Source of the DNA: Candidatus Latescibacterota bacterium
Lineage (GTDB): Bacteria > Latescibacterota > UBA2968 > UBA8231
Direction of reading: 5' to 3'
Length of the DNA stretch: 64,000 bases
Assembly (NCBI GenBank): GCA_965219385.1
Contig: CBDCNM010000002.1
Location: forward strand, 3,420,305-3,484,304
Shown here piece after piece: positions 38,149 to 49,141 of this stretch. The notes under the pieces are model-generated. The model had not been told where the DNA came from and did no database searches. It worked only from the letters and a program-made list of their open reading frames with translations. The position numbers and the translations under genes are program-made. How positions within the stretch are numbered: position 1 is the stretch's first letter; each line of letters opens with the position of its first letter.

Positions 38149-41100
38149 ATGCCACCCGTACAAATCACCAGCCTGGAGCAGCACCTGGTCCTGCTGGCAT
38201 GGCTCAACCGGCAGTTGGGCTACGAGCACAACCGCGACCTGCTAACGGACACAAAGGAAGCCGCCGAGGGGTTCGACGCCGAAGGCCGCAGTTATGTCTA
38301 TCACCAGCTGATAGGCCGCGGGGACGCGGTGAAAATCTCGCCGGACGCCCTGGCCCGGTACGACGACAATATCCGCAACCACCTGCGCGCCATGAACGCC
38401 CGCCGGTCCGAGCCGATTACCTTGCGCTACTTCCAGCACTTGGCGGCGCTCTACGCGGAAGTGTTCCTCGATGGATACTTCAACCGCCGGGGAGAGACGC
38501 TTCGTTCGCTGAACGAGTTTGTCGCCGAGCGCAATGCCGGTGAACCGTTCTCCGAATCCGACCTGAAGAAGCTGGCCTTCTGGATGGCGACCGGTAGCGG
38601 CAAAACCCTCATCATGCACCTCAACTACCGCCAATTCCTGCACTACAACAATCAGCCCCTGGACAACGTGCTGCTGATTACCCCCAACGAGGGGCTAAGC
38701 GAGCAGCATCTCGAGGAGATGACAGCCTCGGATATCCCCTGCCGACGCTTCGACCTCGACGAGAGCGGCCTGATGACGGGCGCAAACGACGCGGTGCGGG
38801 TCATTGAAATAACCAAGCTGGTCGAACAAAAGCGCGGCGGCGGTGTGAGCGTGCCCGTCGAGGCATTCGAGGGCAACAACCTGATTTTCGTCGATGAAGG
38901 GCACAAAGGCTCGGGCGGCGAGGCGTGGCGCAGCTTCCGCGACGCGCTAGGCGAGCGCGGCTTTACCTTTGAATACAGTGCCACCTTCGGCCAAGCCCTG
39001 AGTGCAGCTAGTAAGGACGAGCTTACAGTGGAGTACGGGAAAGCCATCGTCTTCGACTACTCGTACCGCTACTTCCACGGCGACGGGTACGGCAAGGACT
39101 TCCGCGTGCTCAACCTCTTGGAGGAGACGATCGAGGAGGAGACCGAGAGGCTTCTGCTTGGCAACCTACTGTCGTTCTACGAACAGCAATGCGTGTTCGC
39201 CGAGCACGCTCAAGCGTTGCGACCTTATCACCTGGAACGGCCGCTGTGGGTCTTTGTAGGTAGCACAGTGAACGCGGTGTATTCCAGGGACCGGCAGAAA
39301 CGTAGCGATGTGCTGACGGTGGCGCGATTCCTGCATCGAGTTTTGGAGAACAAGGGCGGCTGGGTGCTGTCGGCCATTGACCGACTCGTCAAAGGCGCGA
39401 GCGGTTTGATCGCGCCGGACGGGCGGGACGTGTTCGCGAGCAAACTCGCGTACCTGCGGGCAATGGAGCAACCCTCCGATGAGATCTACCAGGACATCCT
39501 GAAAAAGGTATTCCACGCCCCGGCTGGCGGCGGCTTGCACTTGGGCGCGATCCGAGGAGCCAATGGCGAATTAGGTCTCAAGGCGAGCGGTGCCCAATCC
39601 TACTTCGGTCTCATCTACATCGGCGACATCAGCGCATTCAAGAATCTAGTGGAGTCCGACGACGCCGGTCTAACGCTGGAAGAGGACGTACTGGCTGGCT
39701 CCCTGTTCGATGGCATCAATGGGCCGCATACCAGGATCGAGGTTCTTATTGGCGCGAAGAAGTTCATGGAGGGCTGGAACTCTTGGCGCGTCTCGAACAT
39801 GGGCCTGCTGAACATCGGCCGCAGCGAGGGATCGGAAATCATTCAGCTCTTCGGGCGCGGGGTGCGCTTGCGAGGCAAAGGTGCTAGCCTCAAACGGAGC
39901 GCGGCGCTGGGCGGCAGCCACCCGGACCATATTGGCCTGCTGGAGACGCTCAATATCTTCGCCGTGCGTGCCAACTACATGGCCCAGTTCCGCAAGTACT
40001 TAGAGCAGGAAGGCGTGGAGACCGAAGAATACCGGGAACTGCCGCTGTTCATCCGCCCCAACGAGGGCTTGCTGCAAAAGGGGTTGGTGATCCCCAGGGT
40101 GCCGGATGAGCGCGACTTCTCCACAGAGGAAGATATTCGCCTGGAACCCGACCAGAACGTGACGGTTCGTGTCGATATGTCCTTGAAGGTCCAAGCCTTA
40201 GAAAGCGACCCCACTGGCCTCTCCGGGGTTGGAGCCCACTCAGGTGCCGAGCAGTCTATTCCTCCCCAAAGCCTACCTCTGATTGATTGGGAGCAGGCGT
40301 ATCTCGACCTGCTCGAATACAAGGAGCAGAAGGGCCGCGACAACTTGATCGTACGGCCGGACGCGCCGCAGCGGATTATCGCGGACAGCGATCGCTACCG
40401 TCTGATTGCCGAAGAGGAGGTCGTCCGGCCGCAATCGGTTGCGGCGGTGGCTCGCCTACAAGAGGCGGCAACCTGTATTTTGCGGAAGTACGCGGACGCC
40501 TTCTATCGGGTACATCGGCAGCGTTGGGAGTCGCAGCAGATGGTCTATAAGCCCCTCGACGAGCGCGATCCGAATTTGAGTTTTAGCCGAGAACCAGAGG
40601 AGAAGGGCCGCTACGTGGTCAGCGTCCGTCGATCTGAGAGCTGCTTGATGGACAAGATCGAAAAGCTGATTGATGAAGGCGAGCAACTGTACGCAGAAGA
40701 AACAGAGGAGCTGCCCCGCCTTCACTTTGACCGGCATCTCTATCAGCCTCTGTTGGTTGAGAAGGGCGACAAAGTAAAGAGCGCACCCCCGGCATTGAAC
40801 CAGAGCGAACAGAAGTTCGTGCAGGATGTTAAAGCCTATTGGACCGCCGAATGCGACCAATCCCTCGCCGAGGTGGAAGTGTTCCTCCTGCGAAATCTAA
40901 GCCGCGGCGCGGGTGTTGGCTTCTTCGGGGAGAACGGCTTCTATCCCGATTTCATCCTCTGGATCAAAAAAGGGAAAAAACAGCACATCGTCTTTGTGGA
41001 GCCGCACGGAATGCTCCACGCAAACGCATACATGCACGACGACAAGGCGCGGCTTCACGAAAGGCTGCCGGAATTGGCCAAGAAGATCGGCGCGAGGAGT

Positions 41101-41295
41101 CAGCAGCAGGACGTGACGCTGGACTCGTATATTGTTTCCGCAACGCCTTACTGCGACCTTTACAAAAGATACGGCGATGGCACTTGGGATAGGGCACGGT
41201 TTGCCGCCAAGCATATTTTGTTCGCCGAGCGGGACGGGCAGTACGATTACATAAAGAGGATTTTTTGCACAGATTTGCACAGAACAGTTAGGTAG
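38149..41295 (+). CDS. res: Type III R-M restriction subunit (SF2 ATPase + nuclease)
   Basis: WMATGSGKT, VDEGH, YSATF, EGWN, QLFGRGVRL, FYPDFILW...VEPHG. Confidence 0.92.
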   Translation: MPPVQITSLEQHLVLLAWLNRQLGYEHNRDLLTDTKEAAEGFDAEGRSYVYHQLIGRGDAVKISPDALARYDDNIRNHLRAMNARRSEPITLRYFQHLAALYAEVFLDGYFNRRGETLRSLNEFVAERNAGEPFSESDLKKLAFWMATGSGKTLIMHLNYRQFLHYNNQPLDNVLLITPNEGLSEQHLEEMTASDIPCRRFDLDESGLMTGANDAVRVIEITKLVEQKRGGGVSVPVEAFEGNNLIFVDEGHKGSGGEAWRSFRDALGERGFTFEYSATFGQALSAASKDELTVEYGKAIVFDYSYRYFHGDGYGKDFRVLNLLEETIEEETERLLLGNLLSFYEQQCVFAEHAQALRPYHLERPLWVFVGSTVNAVYSRDRQKRSDVLTVARFLHRVLENKGGWVLSAIDRLVKGASGLIAPDGRDVFASKLAYLRAMEQPSDEIYQDILKKVFHAPAGGGLHLGAIRGANGELGLKASGAQSYFGLIYIGDISAFKNLVESDDAGLTLEEDVLAGSLFDGINGPHTRIEVLIGAKKFMEGWNSWRVSNMGLLNIGRSEGSEIIQLFGRGVRLRGKGASLKRSAALGGSHPDHIGLLETLNIFAVRANYMAQFRKYLEQEGVETEEYRELPLFIRPNEGLLQKGLVIPRVPDERDFSTEEDIRLEPDQNVTVRVDMSLKVQALESDPTGLSGVGAHSGAEQSIPPQSLPLIDWEQAYLDLLEYKEQKGRDNLIVRPDAPQRIIADSDRYRLIAEEEVVRPQSVAAVARLQEAATCILRKYADAFYRVHRQRWESQQMVYKPLDERDPNLSFSREPEEKGRYVVSVRRSESCLMDKIEKLIDEGEQLYAEETEELPRLHFDRHLYQPLLVEKGDKVKSAPPALNQSEQKFVQDVKAYWTAECDQSLAEVEVFLLRNLSRGAGVGFFGENGFYPDFILWIKKGKKQHIVFVEPHGMLHANAYMHDDKARLHERLPELAKKIGARSQQQDVTLDSYIVSATPYCDLYKRYGDGTWDRARFAAKHILFAERDGQYDYIKRIFCTDLHRTVR

Positions 41296-42208
41296 TATCT
41301 AACGCTCGAATAGCTTCCTCCAGCTGCCCCGCGTTTTTCACCCCTATGATGATGCTGGTGATCCCCGGGGTGTTCACCGTCGTTCGAATCACGTAGTCGA
41401 AGAGGCTCAAGCCCTGGTCTGTTGCCTGGGCGGACAACCTACCCAGTTCTTTTTGGACCTCTTCATCCTGCAGCAGGGGAACCCACTCGGGTTTCTCCGC
41501 CGCGCGCGAATCGGCCGGCGGGGCCGGCGGAACCTGGTACTTGCCGGTCAACAGGCCGCCTTGCAGAACCTGGTAGGGCACCACCCCGATATCCTCCTGC
41601 GCGCAAAGCGGCAGCAAAGCGGCCTCGGCATCGCGCTTGAGCAGGCTGTAGGGGGGCTGGTGCACCACCGGGCGCTGCCAGCCATTGGCAGCGCAGACCT
41701 CCAGTACCTGGCGGGTCTGCCCAGTGTCGAAGTTGGAAATACCCCAGTGGCGTATCTTGCCGGCTTCGATCAGGTCCATGAAGGTGGCGATGGATTCCTC
41801 GATCGGGGTATCCGGGTAGGGAGAGTGCATATAGTAGATGTCGATGCAGTCGGTTGCCAGCCTTGCCAGGCTGCGGTCGCACTCGCGCGTGATATGCCCC
41901 CTGCTCAGTCCCATATCATCGGGTTCGGGACCAATTGGATGCCCTACCTTGGTAGCCAGAACAGCCCGTTCGCGGCGGTCGGCCAGGGCCTTGCCGAGGT
42001 ACTCCTCGGCCACCCCGCCCGCCGAACCCAGAAAGCGGGTATACCCCTCGTACATATTGGCGGTGTCGATGAAATTGACGCCGTGGTCCAGGGCCCAGTG
42101 GACGATGTGGACGGCGTCTTTTTCTCCTACCGGGGTGCCAAAGGTCATGGTGCCCAGACACAGAGGCGAAACCTCTAGCGGCGTGTTGGGAATGGTTCTG
42201 GATTCCAT
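41288..42208 (-). CDS. Aldo/keto reductase
   Basis: LCLGTMTFG, IDTANMY, ATKVG, GISNF, QPPYSLL. Confidence 0.92.
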   Translation of the reverse strand: MESRTIPNTPLEVSPLCLGTMTFGTPVGEKDAVHIVHWALDHGVNFIDTANMYEGYTRFLGSAGGVAEEYLGKALADRRERAVLATKVGHPIGPEPDDMGLSRGHITRECDRSLARLATDCIDIYYMHSPYPDTPIEESIATFMDLIEAGKIRHWGISNFDTGQTRQVLEVCAANGWQRPVVHQPPYSLLKRDAEAALLPLCAQEDIGVVPYQVLQGGLLTGKYQVPPAPPADSRAAEKPEWVPLLQDEEVQKELGRLSAQATDQGLSLFDYVIRTTVNTPGITSIIIGVKNAGQLEEAIRALDTT

Positions 42209-42224
42209 TGCGGGTGCACTCCTT

Positions 42225-43163
42225 TCAGGGTCTCCAGGTTTTGGCCCGTTCGGCATACTCCCGGGCCTGGCCGGCAATGTCCACGCCCACCTCCTCGGAC
42301 CAGGCGGCGAGCAGCTTGCGGTAGATCGGACCGGGGCAACCGTCCCCCACATCGCGGAACTCGAAACGGGTGATGGGTAACATACAGATGGTGGTGCTGG
42401 TAAACCAGGCCTCGTCCGCCGCGCGCGCGTCGTAGGGTTCGATATCGACCTGGCGCACCGGGATGCCTAGTTTGGCGGCCAGTTCCATGCAGGCCTGACG
42501 CGATACCCCGCGCAGGATATCGTGGGGTCTGGGCGTCAGGATTTCGCCGTCGCGCACCATGAAAAAGTTATTGCCCGTGCCCTCGGTGATAAAACCGCGT
42601 TCATCGGTCAGCAAGGCCATGGCGCCCTCTTCCATGTGGCTGGCCTGCAATTCGGCGATTTTGTAGAATATACGGCTGCGGTTCTTGGCCTTGGGATCAA
42701 TGTAGCGCGCCGGCACCGACTGCTGCCTGGGCACCACGAAGTGCGCTCCCTCTTCGAATTTTTTTGCCGCTCCACCAATGTGGCGCACCAGCGGAATGAC
42801 ATTGATGGTGACGATCGGGGCGGTGCCCTCCTTGATGAGGGTGTCGTAGAGGTCCATGCCGCCGCGGGTGACATTGTGCATGATCTGGAAATCTAAATCC
42901 TCCATGACCGGCAGGTTCTTCTCAATGGTCTCATAGGTGGCGGCCTCCATCTGGTCGATGGTGAGACCGCAGTTGATCTCCGCGTAGTTCAGAGAGCCGT
43001 AGAGCCGCTCCAGATGATTGCGCAGAAGGTAGGGTTTCTGCCGGAATGAACGGGTCATTTCAAATACCATGTCCCCGAACATCAGGGCGCAATCGAAGAT
43101 GGAGATGCGGGCCTCGATCTCGGGAACGAATTCGCCGTTTAAGTAAACCAGGCGTTTGCACAT
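42225..43163 (-). CDS. Class IV aminotransferase (IlvE/Dat-like)
   Basis: YLNGEFV, FGDMVFE, HLERL, KAKNR, EGTGNN, LRGVSR. Confidence 0.9.
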   Translation of the reverse strand: MCKRLVYLNGEFVPEIEARISIFDCALMFGDMVFEMTRSFRQKPYLLRNHLERLYGSLNYAEINCGLTIDQMEAATYETIEKNLPVMEDLDFQIMHNVTRGGMDLYDTLIKEGTAPIVTINVIPLVRHIGGAAKKFEEGAHFVVPRQQSVPARYIDPKAKNRSRIFYKIAELQASHMEEGAMALLTDERGFITEGTGNNFFMVRDGEILTPRPHDILRGVSRQACMELAAKLGIPVRQVDIEPYDARAADEAWFTSTTICMLPITRFEFRDVGDGCPGPIYRKLLAAWSEEVGVDIAGQAREYAERAKTWRP

Positions 43164-43205
43164 GGATTTTCTCTCCTGTTGTGCTGGTGATGGGAGGTCT
43201 AGGTT

Positions 43206-44216
43206 TCAGTCTTTCCAGCTGAAAATGACGCCCAGCATGGATTTTTCCCGGCTGAACGCCATTTCGTAGGCGTGGACCATATCGGTGTAGTGGAAGCGGT
43301 GGGTGATCAGGCGCTTGGGCTCCAGCCCGCCCGGTCCCATCAGCGCCATGGTGTGGGCGCTGGCGCGGTTGGCTTCGAAGCGGTCCGCGGCGTTGGGGTA
43401 GAGATACCCCCCCTGCCCGGACACGGCGATCAGGGAAATGGCCTTGATGTAGAACCAGTTCATGTCCAGCGGGTTGATATCCAGCGGCTCCTCGCCGCGG
43501 CCGGGCAGGGCCACGATCGAAACCCGGCCATTGGGCCGCACCACCTCTACCGCCGTGCGGTAGGCCGACCACGGATTGGCCGTGAGGATGACCAGGTCGA
43601 TGCCCGCCCCATCGGTAAACTCCTCCAGCTTGGCCTCCAGATCCGGATCATTCGACATGAACGCTGCGTGCGCCCCCATGCGCTCGGCCATCTCCAGCCG
43701 GGTCTCACTGTTGCCCAGCCCCACGACCCGGGCGCCAAAAAACGGCCCCAGGGCCACCGCGCCCAGGCCCAGTACCCCCAGCCCGACCACGGCCACGTTT
43801 TCGCCGGGCACGAACTGGGCCTTGCGGTAACAGTGGGCGCTGAGGGTGTAGAGATGGACGAATACCGCGTCCTCCGGGTGCACGTCCTCCGGCACCTTGA
43901 CCGCTGGAGCCGACTCATTGATGATGTACTCGGACTGGTGCCACCGGCGCGTCACCACCCGGTCGCCGACCTGAAAGCGGCTGACCTCGGAGCCCACCCC
44001 GCGCACGATGCCCAGGTTGCTGTCTCCCACTGGACGGGGATAGTCCGGTGCCCCGGGCACCCGTTCCGCCCCTTCGTAATTGCCGCGATCTGTGCCGATT
44101 TTAAAGGCCGAAATCTCGGTCTCCATCCAGACCTCGTCGGGTTTCAGGCTGGAGGTGTCAAGCTCTTGTTCTTCGATGTGCAGGTCGCGTGGACCGCGCA
44201 GGATGGCGATTTTCAT
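43206..44216 (-). CDS. MDR (zinc-binding dehydrogenase superfamily) oxidoreductase
   Basis: GroES domain, VGLGVLG, LITHRF. Confidence 0.85.
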   Translation of the reverse strand: MKIAILRGPRDLHIEEQELDTSSLKPDEVWMETEISAFKIGTDRGNYEGAERVPGAPDYPRPVGDSNLGIVRGVGSEVSRFQVGDRVVTRRWHQSEYIINESAPAVKVPEDVHPEDAVFVHLYTLSAHCYRKAQFVPGENVAVVGLGVLGLGAVALGPFFGARVVGLGNSETRLEMAERMGAHAAFMSNDPDLEAKLEEFTDGAGIDLVILTANPWSAYRTAVEVVRPNGRVSIVALPGRGEEPLDINPLDMNWFYIKAISLIAVSGQGGYLYPNAADRFEANRASAHTMALMGPGGLEPKRLITHRFHYTDMVHAYEMAFSREKSMLGVIFSWKD

Positions 44217-44219
44217 AAC

Positions 44220-45398
44220 CTACCCTTCTTCAAGGGGTTGTACGGCCTCCCAGGCCTGGGTCTCCCACGAGCGCTGGATGGCCGCCTGGACCTGGGCCAC
44301 GGCCAGGGCTTCGGCAAAACCAGGCTCTCCCTGTTTCCCCGTAGTGATCGACTGCAGGAACTGGTGGGCCTCGATGACCTTCAAATCGTCGTAGCCCAGA
44401 CCGATTGCCGGCCCCGGGTTGAAGTGGCCGTGAAACGGCATCCCGGGCCCGCTCATGGTGCGGGTATAGCCTTCCCGGGTGGGATCCTCGGGAGCGGCCC
44501 GGTAGATCTGCAACTCGTTCATGCGCTCGAAGTTCCAGCGCACCGCGGCCTCGGTCCCGTGCACCTCAAAGGCTATCTCGCACGGCGCCCCCTGGATGAT
44601 CCGGCAGACCTCCAGGGTGCCGTGCGCCCCGCCGGCGAACTGCACCAGGGCGCTGACGTAGTCCTCGTTGGTGACCGGCCCTCTGGGGCCGTCAGTGCTC
44701 ACCGAAAAGTGCGTACCTTCGCCGGGGGTGGCCAGGGGCCGCTCGGCAATAAAGGTTTCCTGGTTGCCGACCAAGCGCTTGATCGGCCCGGCGATCATGT
44801 GGGCCATATCGGCCACGTGCGACATCAGATCCCCCAGGGCCCCCAGGCCGGCCGCCTCGCGCTCGAAGCGCCACGACAGCACCCCGTTCGGGTTGCTGGC
44901 ATAACCGACGAAGAAGCGCCCCCGGTAGTGGGTCAACCGGCCCAGCTTGCCCTCCTGAATCAGTTGCCGGGCGTACTGCACCACCGGAGCCCAGCGGTAG
45001 TTGAAGCCCACGCAGGTCATAACCCCGGCCCGGCGCGCCGCCGCCGCGATCCGGGCGGTCTCCCGCGGGTTGCGGCCGACCGGTTTCTCGCAGAATATGT
45101 GTTTCCCGGCCGCCGCCGCGGCCTCGACTATTTCCAGATGCATCCCATTGGGCGCGGCGATATTGACCACCTCGACCTCGGGAGCGGCCACCACCGCCTT
45201 CCAGTCGGTGGTGCAACGCGCAAAGCCAAAGCGCTCCCGGGCCTCTTGCGCGCGGGCCTCGACCTCGTCGGCGCACGCCACCAGGTGGGGCTGCAACCCA
45301 CTATCCGGGAAACGCACCCCCACCTGTTTGTAGGAGTGGCTGTGGACGCCGCCCATCCAGCCCATGCCGATCACGCCGATCCCGATGCTCTGAGCCAT
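44220..45398 (-). CDS. Gfo/Idh/MocA oxidoreductase
   Basis: [25 protein letters not shown]. Confidence 0.92.
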   Translation of the reverse strand: MAQSIGIGVIGMGWMGGVHSHSYKQVGVRFPDSGLQPHLVACADEVEARAQEARERFGFARCTTDWKAVVAAPEVEVVNIAAPNGMHLEIVEAAAAAGKHIFCEKPVGRNPRETARIAAAARRAGVMTCVGFNYRWAPVVQYARQLIQEGKLGRLTHYRGRFFVGYASNPNGVLSWRFEREAAGLGALGDLMSHVADMAHMIAGPIKRLVGNQETFIAERPLATPGEGTHFSVSTDGPRGPVTNEDYVSALVQFAGGAHGTLEVCRIIQGAPCEIAFEVHGTEAAVRWNFERMNELQIYRAAPEDPTREGYTRTMSGPGMPFHGHFNPGPAIGLGYDDLKVIEAHQFLQSITTGKQGEPGFAEALAVAQVQAAIQRSWETQAWEAVQPLEEG

Positions 45399-45411
45399 CT
45401 TTCTTCCTTTC

Positions 45412-46440
45412 TCAAAGAGCAACCACTCTGCTTTCGCGGGCCGAGGCGTAGAGCGCCACCAGAGTAGCCACGTTGCCGCGGCTGTCCTCCGGGGTGATGG
45501 TGGTGGGCGCGCCATCCAGAATACTGGCGGCCATGGCCTCTACTTCGCAGAAATAGGCATCGCAGCTCTCATAGCTGTACTCTTCTATATCGAGATGCTC
45601 GGTGCCGTCCCCGAAGGTTTCCTGCTCGGCGCCACCGCCGCGCAGCACCAGCACCCGGGCGGTGGCGCCCACCCGGTTCAGCCAGGGCAGGTCCAGGTGG
45701 ATCGTGCCCTGGCTGCCGATCAACTTGGCCTCCCAGTGGGGTACGGTCTGAAAACTGGAGGTAAACTGCGCCAGGGGGCCCGATGCAAAGCGCAACTGAC
45801 CGCCAAAATCCATATCCACCCCCTTTGGGCTCTGGACCTGCCAGCCGGTCACCTCGACCGGATTGTCCCCGACTACCGCGCGCGAGAAACTCACCGGGTA
45901 GCTGCCGATATCCCACAAAGATCCTCCGCCCTTTTCCGGTTCGCGGCGGATGTCCGGGTCGGCGATCAGGGTAAAGCCGAAATTGCACTGGATAAAACGC
46001 AGCTCTCCGATGGCCCCCTCGACCACCAGTTCCCGCACCTTGTGGGTCTGAGGGTGGAAGCGGTACATGGCCTCCTGAAGGATCACCCCGTTTCCCCGCG
46101 CCGCTGCGGCCATGTCGTCCACGTCCTCGAGGGTGAGCGCAATGGGTTTCTCGCACAGAATGTGCTTGCCGGCCCGGGCGCTTTTGACGCTCCACTCGGC
46201 GTGCTCCGAATTGGGCAGGGAAATGTAGACCACGTCGATGTCCGGGTCCGCCAGCAACTCTTCGTAGGTGCCATAGGGGCGCGGTATTTCCCACTCATCA
46301 GCATATTCTTGCGCCCTTTGCTTGCTGCGACTACCCACGGCCAGCAACTCGGAACGATCCGAGCGGCGGATGGGCGGAATCAAACGCTCGTTGATCCGCG
46401 CCGTACTCATCAGGCCCCAGCGCACCTGTTCTTTACTCAT
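45412..46440 (-). CDS. Gfo/Idh/MocA oxidoreductase
   Basis: [30 protein letters not shown]. Confidence 0.92.
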   Translation of the reverse strand: MSKEQVRWGLMSTARINERLIPPIRRSDRSELLAVGSRSKQRAQEYADEWEIPRPYGTYEELLADPDIDVVYISLPNSEHAEWSVKSARAGKHILCEKPIALTLEDVDDMAAAARGNGVILQEAMYRFHPQTHKVRELVVEGAIGELRFIQCNFGFTLIADPDIRREPEKGGGSLWDIGSYPVSFSRAVVGDNPVEVTGWQVQSPKGVDMDFGGQLRFASGPLAQFTSSFQTVPHWEAKLIGSQGTIHLDLPWLNRVGATARVLVLRGGGAEQETFGDGTEHLDIEEYSYESCDAYFCEVEAMAASILDGAPTTITPEDSRGNVATLVALYASARESRVVAL

Positions 46441-46458
46441 GGAAATTTTCCTCTGGCT

Positions 46459-47205
46459 TTAGCCCTGCACCCAGCGGGCAAAGTAGTCCGGCGCCCACTT
46501 GCGGGCCAGGTACATCACCTTGGTGGCATAGTTGCCGTGCGGCGGCTTCACTTCACCCTGTATCCAGGCCTCGGCCCCGGCCAGGGTGGGAAACTCGATC
46601 ACCCAGGCCCGGTGCCAGTCGGCCTGCGGTCCGATCAACTTGAAGGCTTCCAGTCGCATCATGCTGTGCTCTCGCGCTAGGCCCTGCATCAGCTCGATGT
46701 GCTCGACATCGCCGCGCTCCTCGGGTGTGGCCTCTTCCCACCCCGGCACCCTGCGCCCGAACAACAGCACGATCACGCTGTCGCGGTCCACGTCGAGCAC
46801 CGGGATGACATGCGGATCGGCGCCATCCAGAGCGGGTTTCTCCGCCGGCGGATTGGTGACCCAGGTAGAAAAATAATCCGGCGTCCAGGGCCGGGCAACG
46901 TAATATTCGTAGTAGCCGTAACTACCGTAGGGAGGCGCCATCTCCGCCTCGATCCAGGCCTCGGCCCCGGCCAGCTCGGGAAACTCGATCACCCAGAAGC
47001 GCACCCAGGATTGCTGTGGCGCCATCAACCTGAAGCCTTCCAGCCGCATCATCCTGTGTTCCCGGGCCACCGACAGCATCAAGTCTACGTGTCTTTGTTC
47101 GCAATCCCGCCGCTGTTCCGGGCTCAAAGCCTCCCAGGAGGGCAAGCGGCCCCCCTTGTAGAGCACGACAATGCTGTCCTGTTTCGCCTTCGATTCAACC
47201 GCCAT
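46459..47205 (-). CDS. Hypothetical protein made of two homologous ~110-aa repeats
   Basis: Both halves share AREHxMMRLExF and WVIEFPxLAGAEAWI..E..PP.G.Y..AR.W.PDYF..WV. Confidence 0.8.
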   Translation of the reverse strand: MAVESKAKQDSIVVLYKGGRLPSWEALSPEQRRDCEQRHVDLMLSVAREHRMMRLEGFRLMAPQQSWVRFWVIEFPELAGAEAWIEAEMAPPYGSYGYYEYYVARPWTPDYFSTWVTNPPAEKPALDGADPHVIPVLDVDRDSVIVLLFGRRVPGWEEATPEERGDVEHIELMQGLAREHSMMRLEAFKLIGPQADWHRAWVIEFPTLAGAEAWIQGEVKPPHGNYATKVMYLARKWAPDYFARWVQG

Positions 47206-47286
47206 TCATGCGCTCCTTCGCGTCTTGTCTAGATTAAAAAACCGCCGGGCTTGCGCTCTGAGTCGGCTTCTTACCCTAATCTGTCC

Positions 47287-48009
47287 TCACCCATCTCCAG
47301 AAGGCAATTCGACTTTCACAACCCACCCGGATGTGGCATCGCAGTAGAGCAGATCCACATCCAGAATGGACAGCCCGTGCGGCTGCGGCTCGGACTGGGG
47401 CACCGCGATCCGGCCCAGTTCGGTCCCATCCCGCAAGTCCAGCTTGACGACGACTCTGTCCGAGGTGTGTACCACCCAGATGCCGTCCTCCACCCGCACC
47501 ACTCCATGGGCCCGCCCATAAGGCAGAGGAATCACGTGCTGCACGGTCCAGTCCGCAATTCTCACCTTGCTCAGGGTCTGATCCACGAGGGTGGTCACCC
47601 ACAAATACCCTGCCTCGTAGCGATCGTATTCTAGGCCGTGGACGCCACCCCCGCCGGGCACGGGATAGCGCCGCAGGGTGGCGCCCGTGGCCGGATCCAC
47701 CTCGAGGATCTCCCCCTGTCCCGGCCGGGCATCCGTCGGGCGCTCCGATCGCCACAAAGTTCCCGGACCATTGGCCGCCAGCCACAAGGATCCACCGCCG
47801 TGCGCCAGACCGCTGGTATTGGACGATTCTGTTGGAATATCCCGAATCAGCCTGGTAACCCCGTAGTCCGAAGGCTCGGCGATCTCGATCAGAGCGACCC
47901 GGTCGGTGATCTGATCCACGATCCACAGCCCCTCTTCCGTTACCTGCAAACCATTGGGAACCCCATAAGGAGCGCGAAAGAGCCTGGTTATTTTTTTTCC
48001 CAATGTCAA
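47287..48009 (-). CDS. Beta-propeller protein (Vgb/glutaminyl cyclase-like)
   Basis: Repeated PNGL/SGL/HGL/HGV blades each followed by LW-V. Confidence 0.65.
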   Translation of the reverse strand: MTLGKKITRLFRAPYGVPNGLQVTEEGLWIVDQITDRVALIEIAEPSDYGVTRLIRDIPTESSNTSGLAHGGGSLWLAANGPGTLWRSERPTDARPGQGEILEVDPATGATLRRYPVPGGGGVHGLEYDRYEAGYLWVTTLVDQTLSKVRIADWTVQHVIPLPYGRAHGVVRVEDGIWVVHTSDRVVVKLDLRDGTELGRIAVPQSEPQPHGLSILDVDLLYCDATSGWVVKVELPSGDG

Positions 48010-48977
48010 TCATCCCAGACCAGGATCACGGCCATGGTTTCCTCGAGCCGGTTGTAGAGCAGATCAAAGGCCGCGGCTCCTTCCGCGCAAGGAAAGCGGT
48101 GAGTGATCATCTTTTCCATCTGTATCTTGCCTTCCGCCAGTAGTTGCAGGGCCCTATCCGAGCCCTCGACTCGCCGACTCGAATCCAGGTACCCCCCCAC
48201 CAGCCGGCGCCCCTGGATTTTGCTGGAATCCAGGGGCAAAGGCTCGCCCTCGTACAACCCGATCACCTGCAGCAATCCACCGCGCTTGACCATGTCCTGG
48301 GCCTGGACAAAGGCCCGGACCCCGGCGCGCCCGCCCACGGCTTCGACCACGACATCGGCCCCTTCCCCTTCCGTCAACTTGTGGACCGCTTCCACCGGGT
48401 CCACGGCCGTGGCATCCACCACCTGGTCGGCGCCCAGTTGCCGGGCCAGGTCGCAGCGCAGCGGCAGGGCGTCCACGGCAATCACCCGGGCCATGTCCTC
48501 GGCCTTGGCCACCTGCATACACCCGCTGCCCACCAGTCCCTGTCCGAGGATCACCATGGTTTCTTCCCCGCCGGCTTCGATCTGCCACATCCACATCACC
48601 GAACTGGTGGCCAGGGGCCAGAAGGTGCCGGCCTCGCTCGAGATTTCGTCCGGCAGCACTACCAGGCGCGGCCCGGTGCGCGCATCGCCCATTCCCACCG
48701 CCACGTACTCGGCGTGCGGAGCCGAGGCCGCTACCCGGTCGCCCACCGCCAATCCGCTTACCTGGGCCCCCACCTCGACTATCCCGCCGACCAGGGAATA
48801 CCCCATCATGCGGTGTTCGATGGCCTCGGGCCGCACGTAGCGCCGCCAGATTTCCGAACCCCGGCTGATCAGGGTCCGCTCGGCCCGGATCAACACTTCG
48901 GTATCGGCGATTTTGGGCACATCCACTTCCTCGATAACCACATTAAACTGTCCTTCGGACTTGGCCACGCGTTTCAT
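48006..48977 (-). CDS. MDR oxidoreductase
   Basis: LISRGSE, GYS, LGQGLVG, EAVG, ITHRF. Confidence 0.87.
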   Translation of the reverse strand: MKRVAKSEGQFNVVIEEVDVPKIADTEVLIRAERTLISRGSEIWRRYVRPEAIEHRMMGYSLVGGIVEVGAQVSGLAVGDRVAASAPHAEYVAVGMGDARTGPRLVVLPDEISSEAGTFWPLATSSVMWMWQIEAGGEETMVILGQGLVGSGCMQVAKAEDMARVIAVDALPLRCDLARQLGADQVVDATAVDPVEAVHKLTEGEGADVVVEAVGGRAGVRAFVQAQDMVKRGGLLQVIGLYEGEPLPLDSSKIQGRRLVGGYLDSSRRVEGSDRALQLLAEGKIQMEKMITHRFPCAEGAAAFDLLYNRLEETMAVILVWDD

Positions 48978-49141
48978 AAGGATCCCCTTCATTGCAGGTG
49001 TTCTGAACCGCTCACAATATGGCCAAAATCCGGGGGCCACACAACCTGGCAGCATCCTCATCTTGATGGTCCGGGACTAGATTGTTACTATACCAGCCCG
49101 TAACTACATGGCCTCCCACACCCCAACCCAAAGATCTCACC

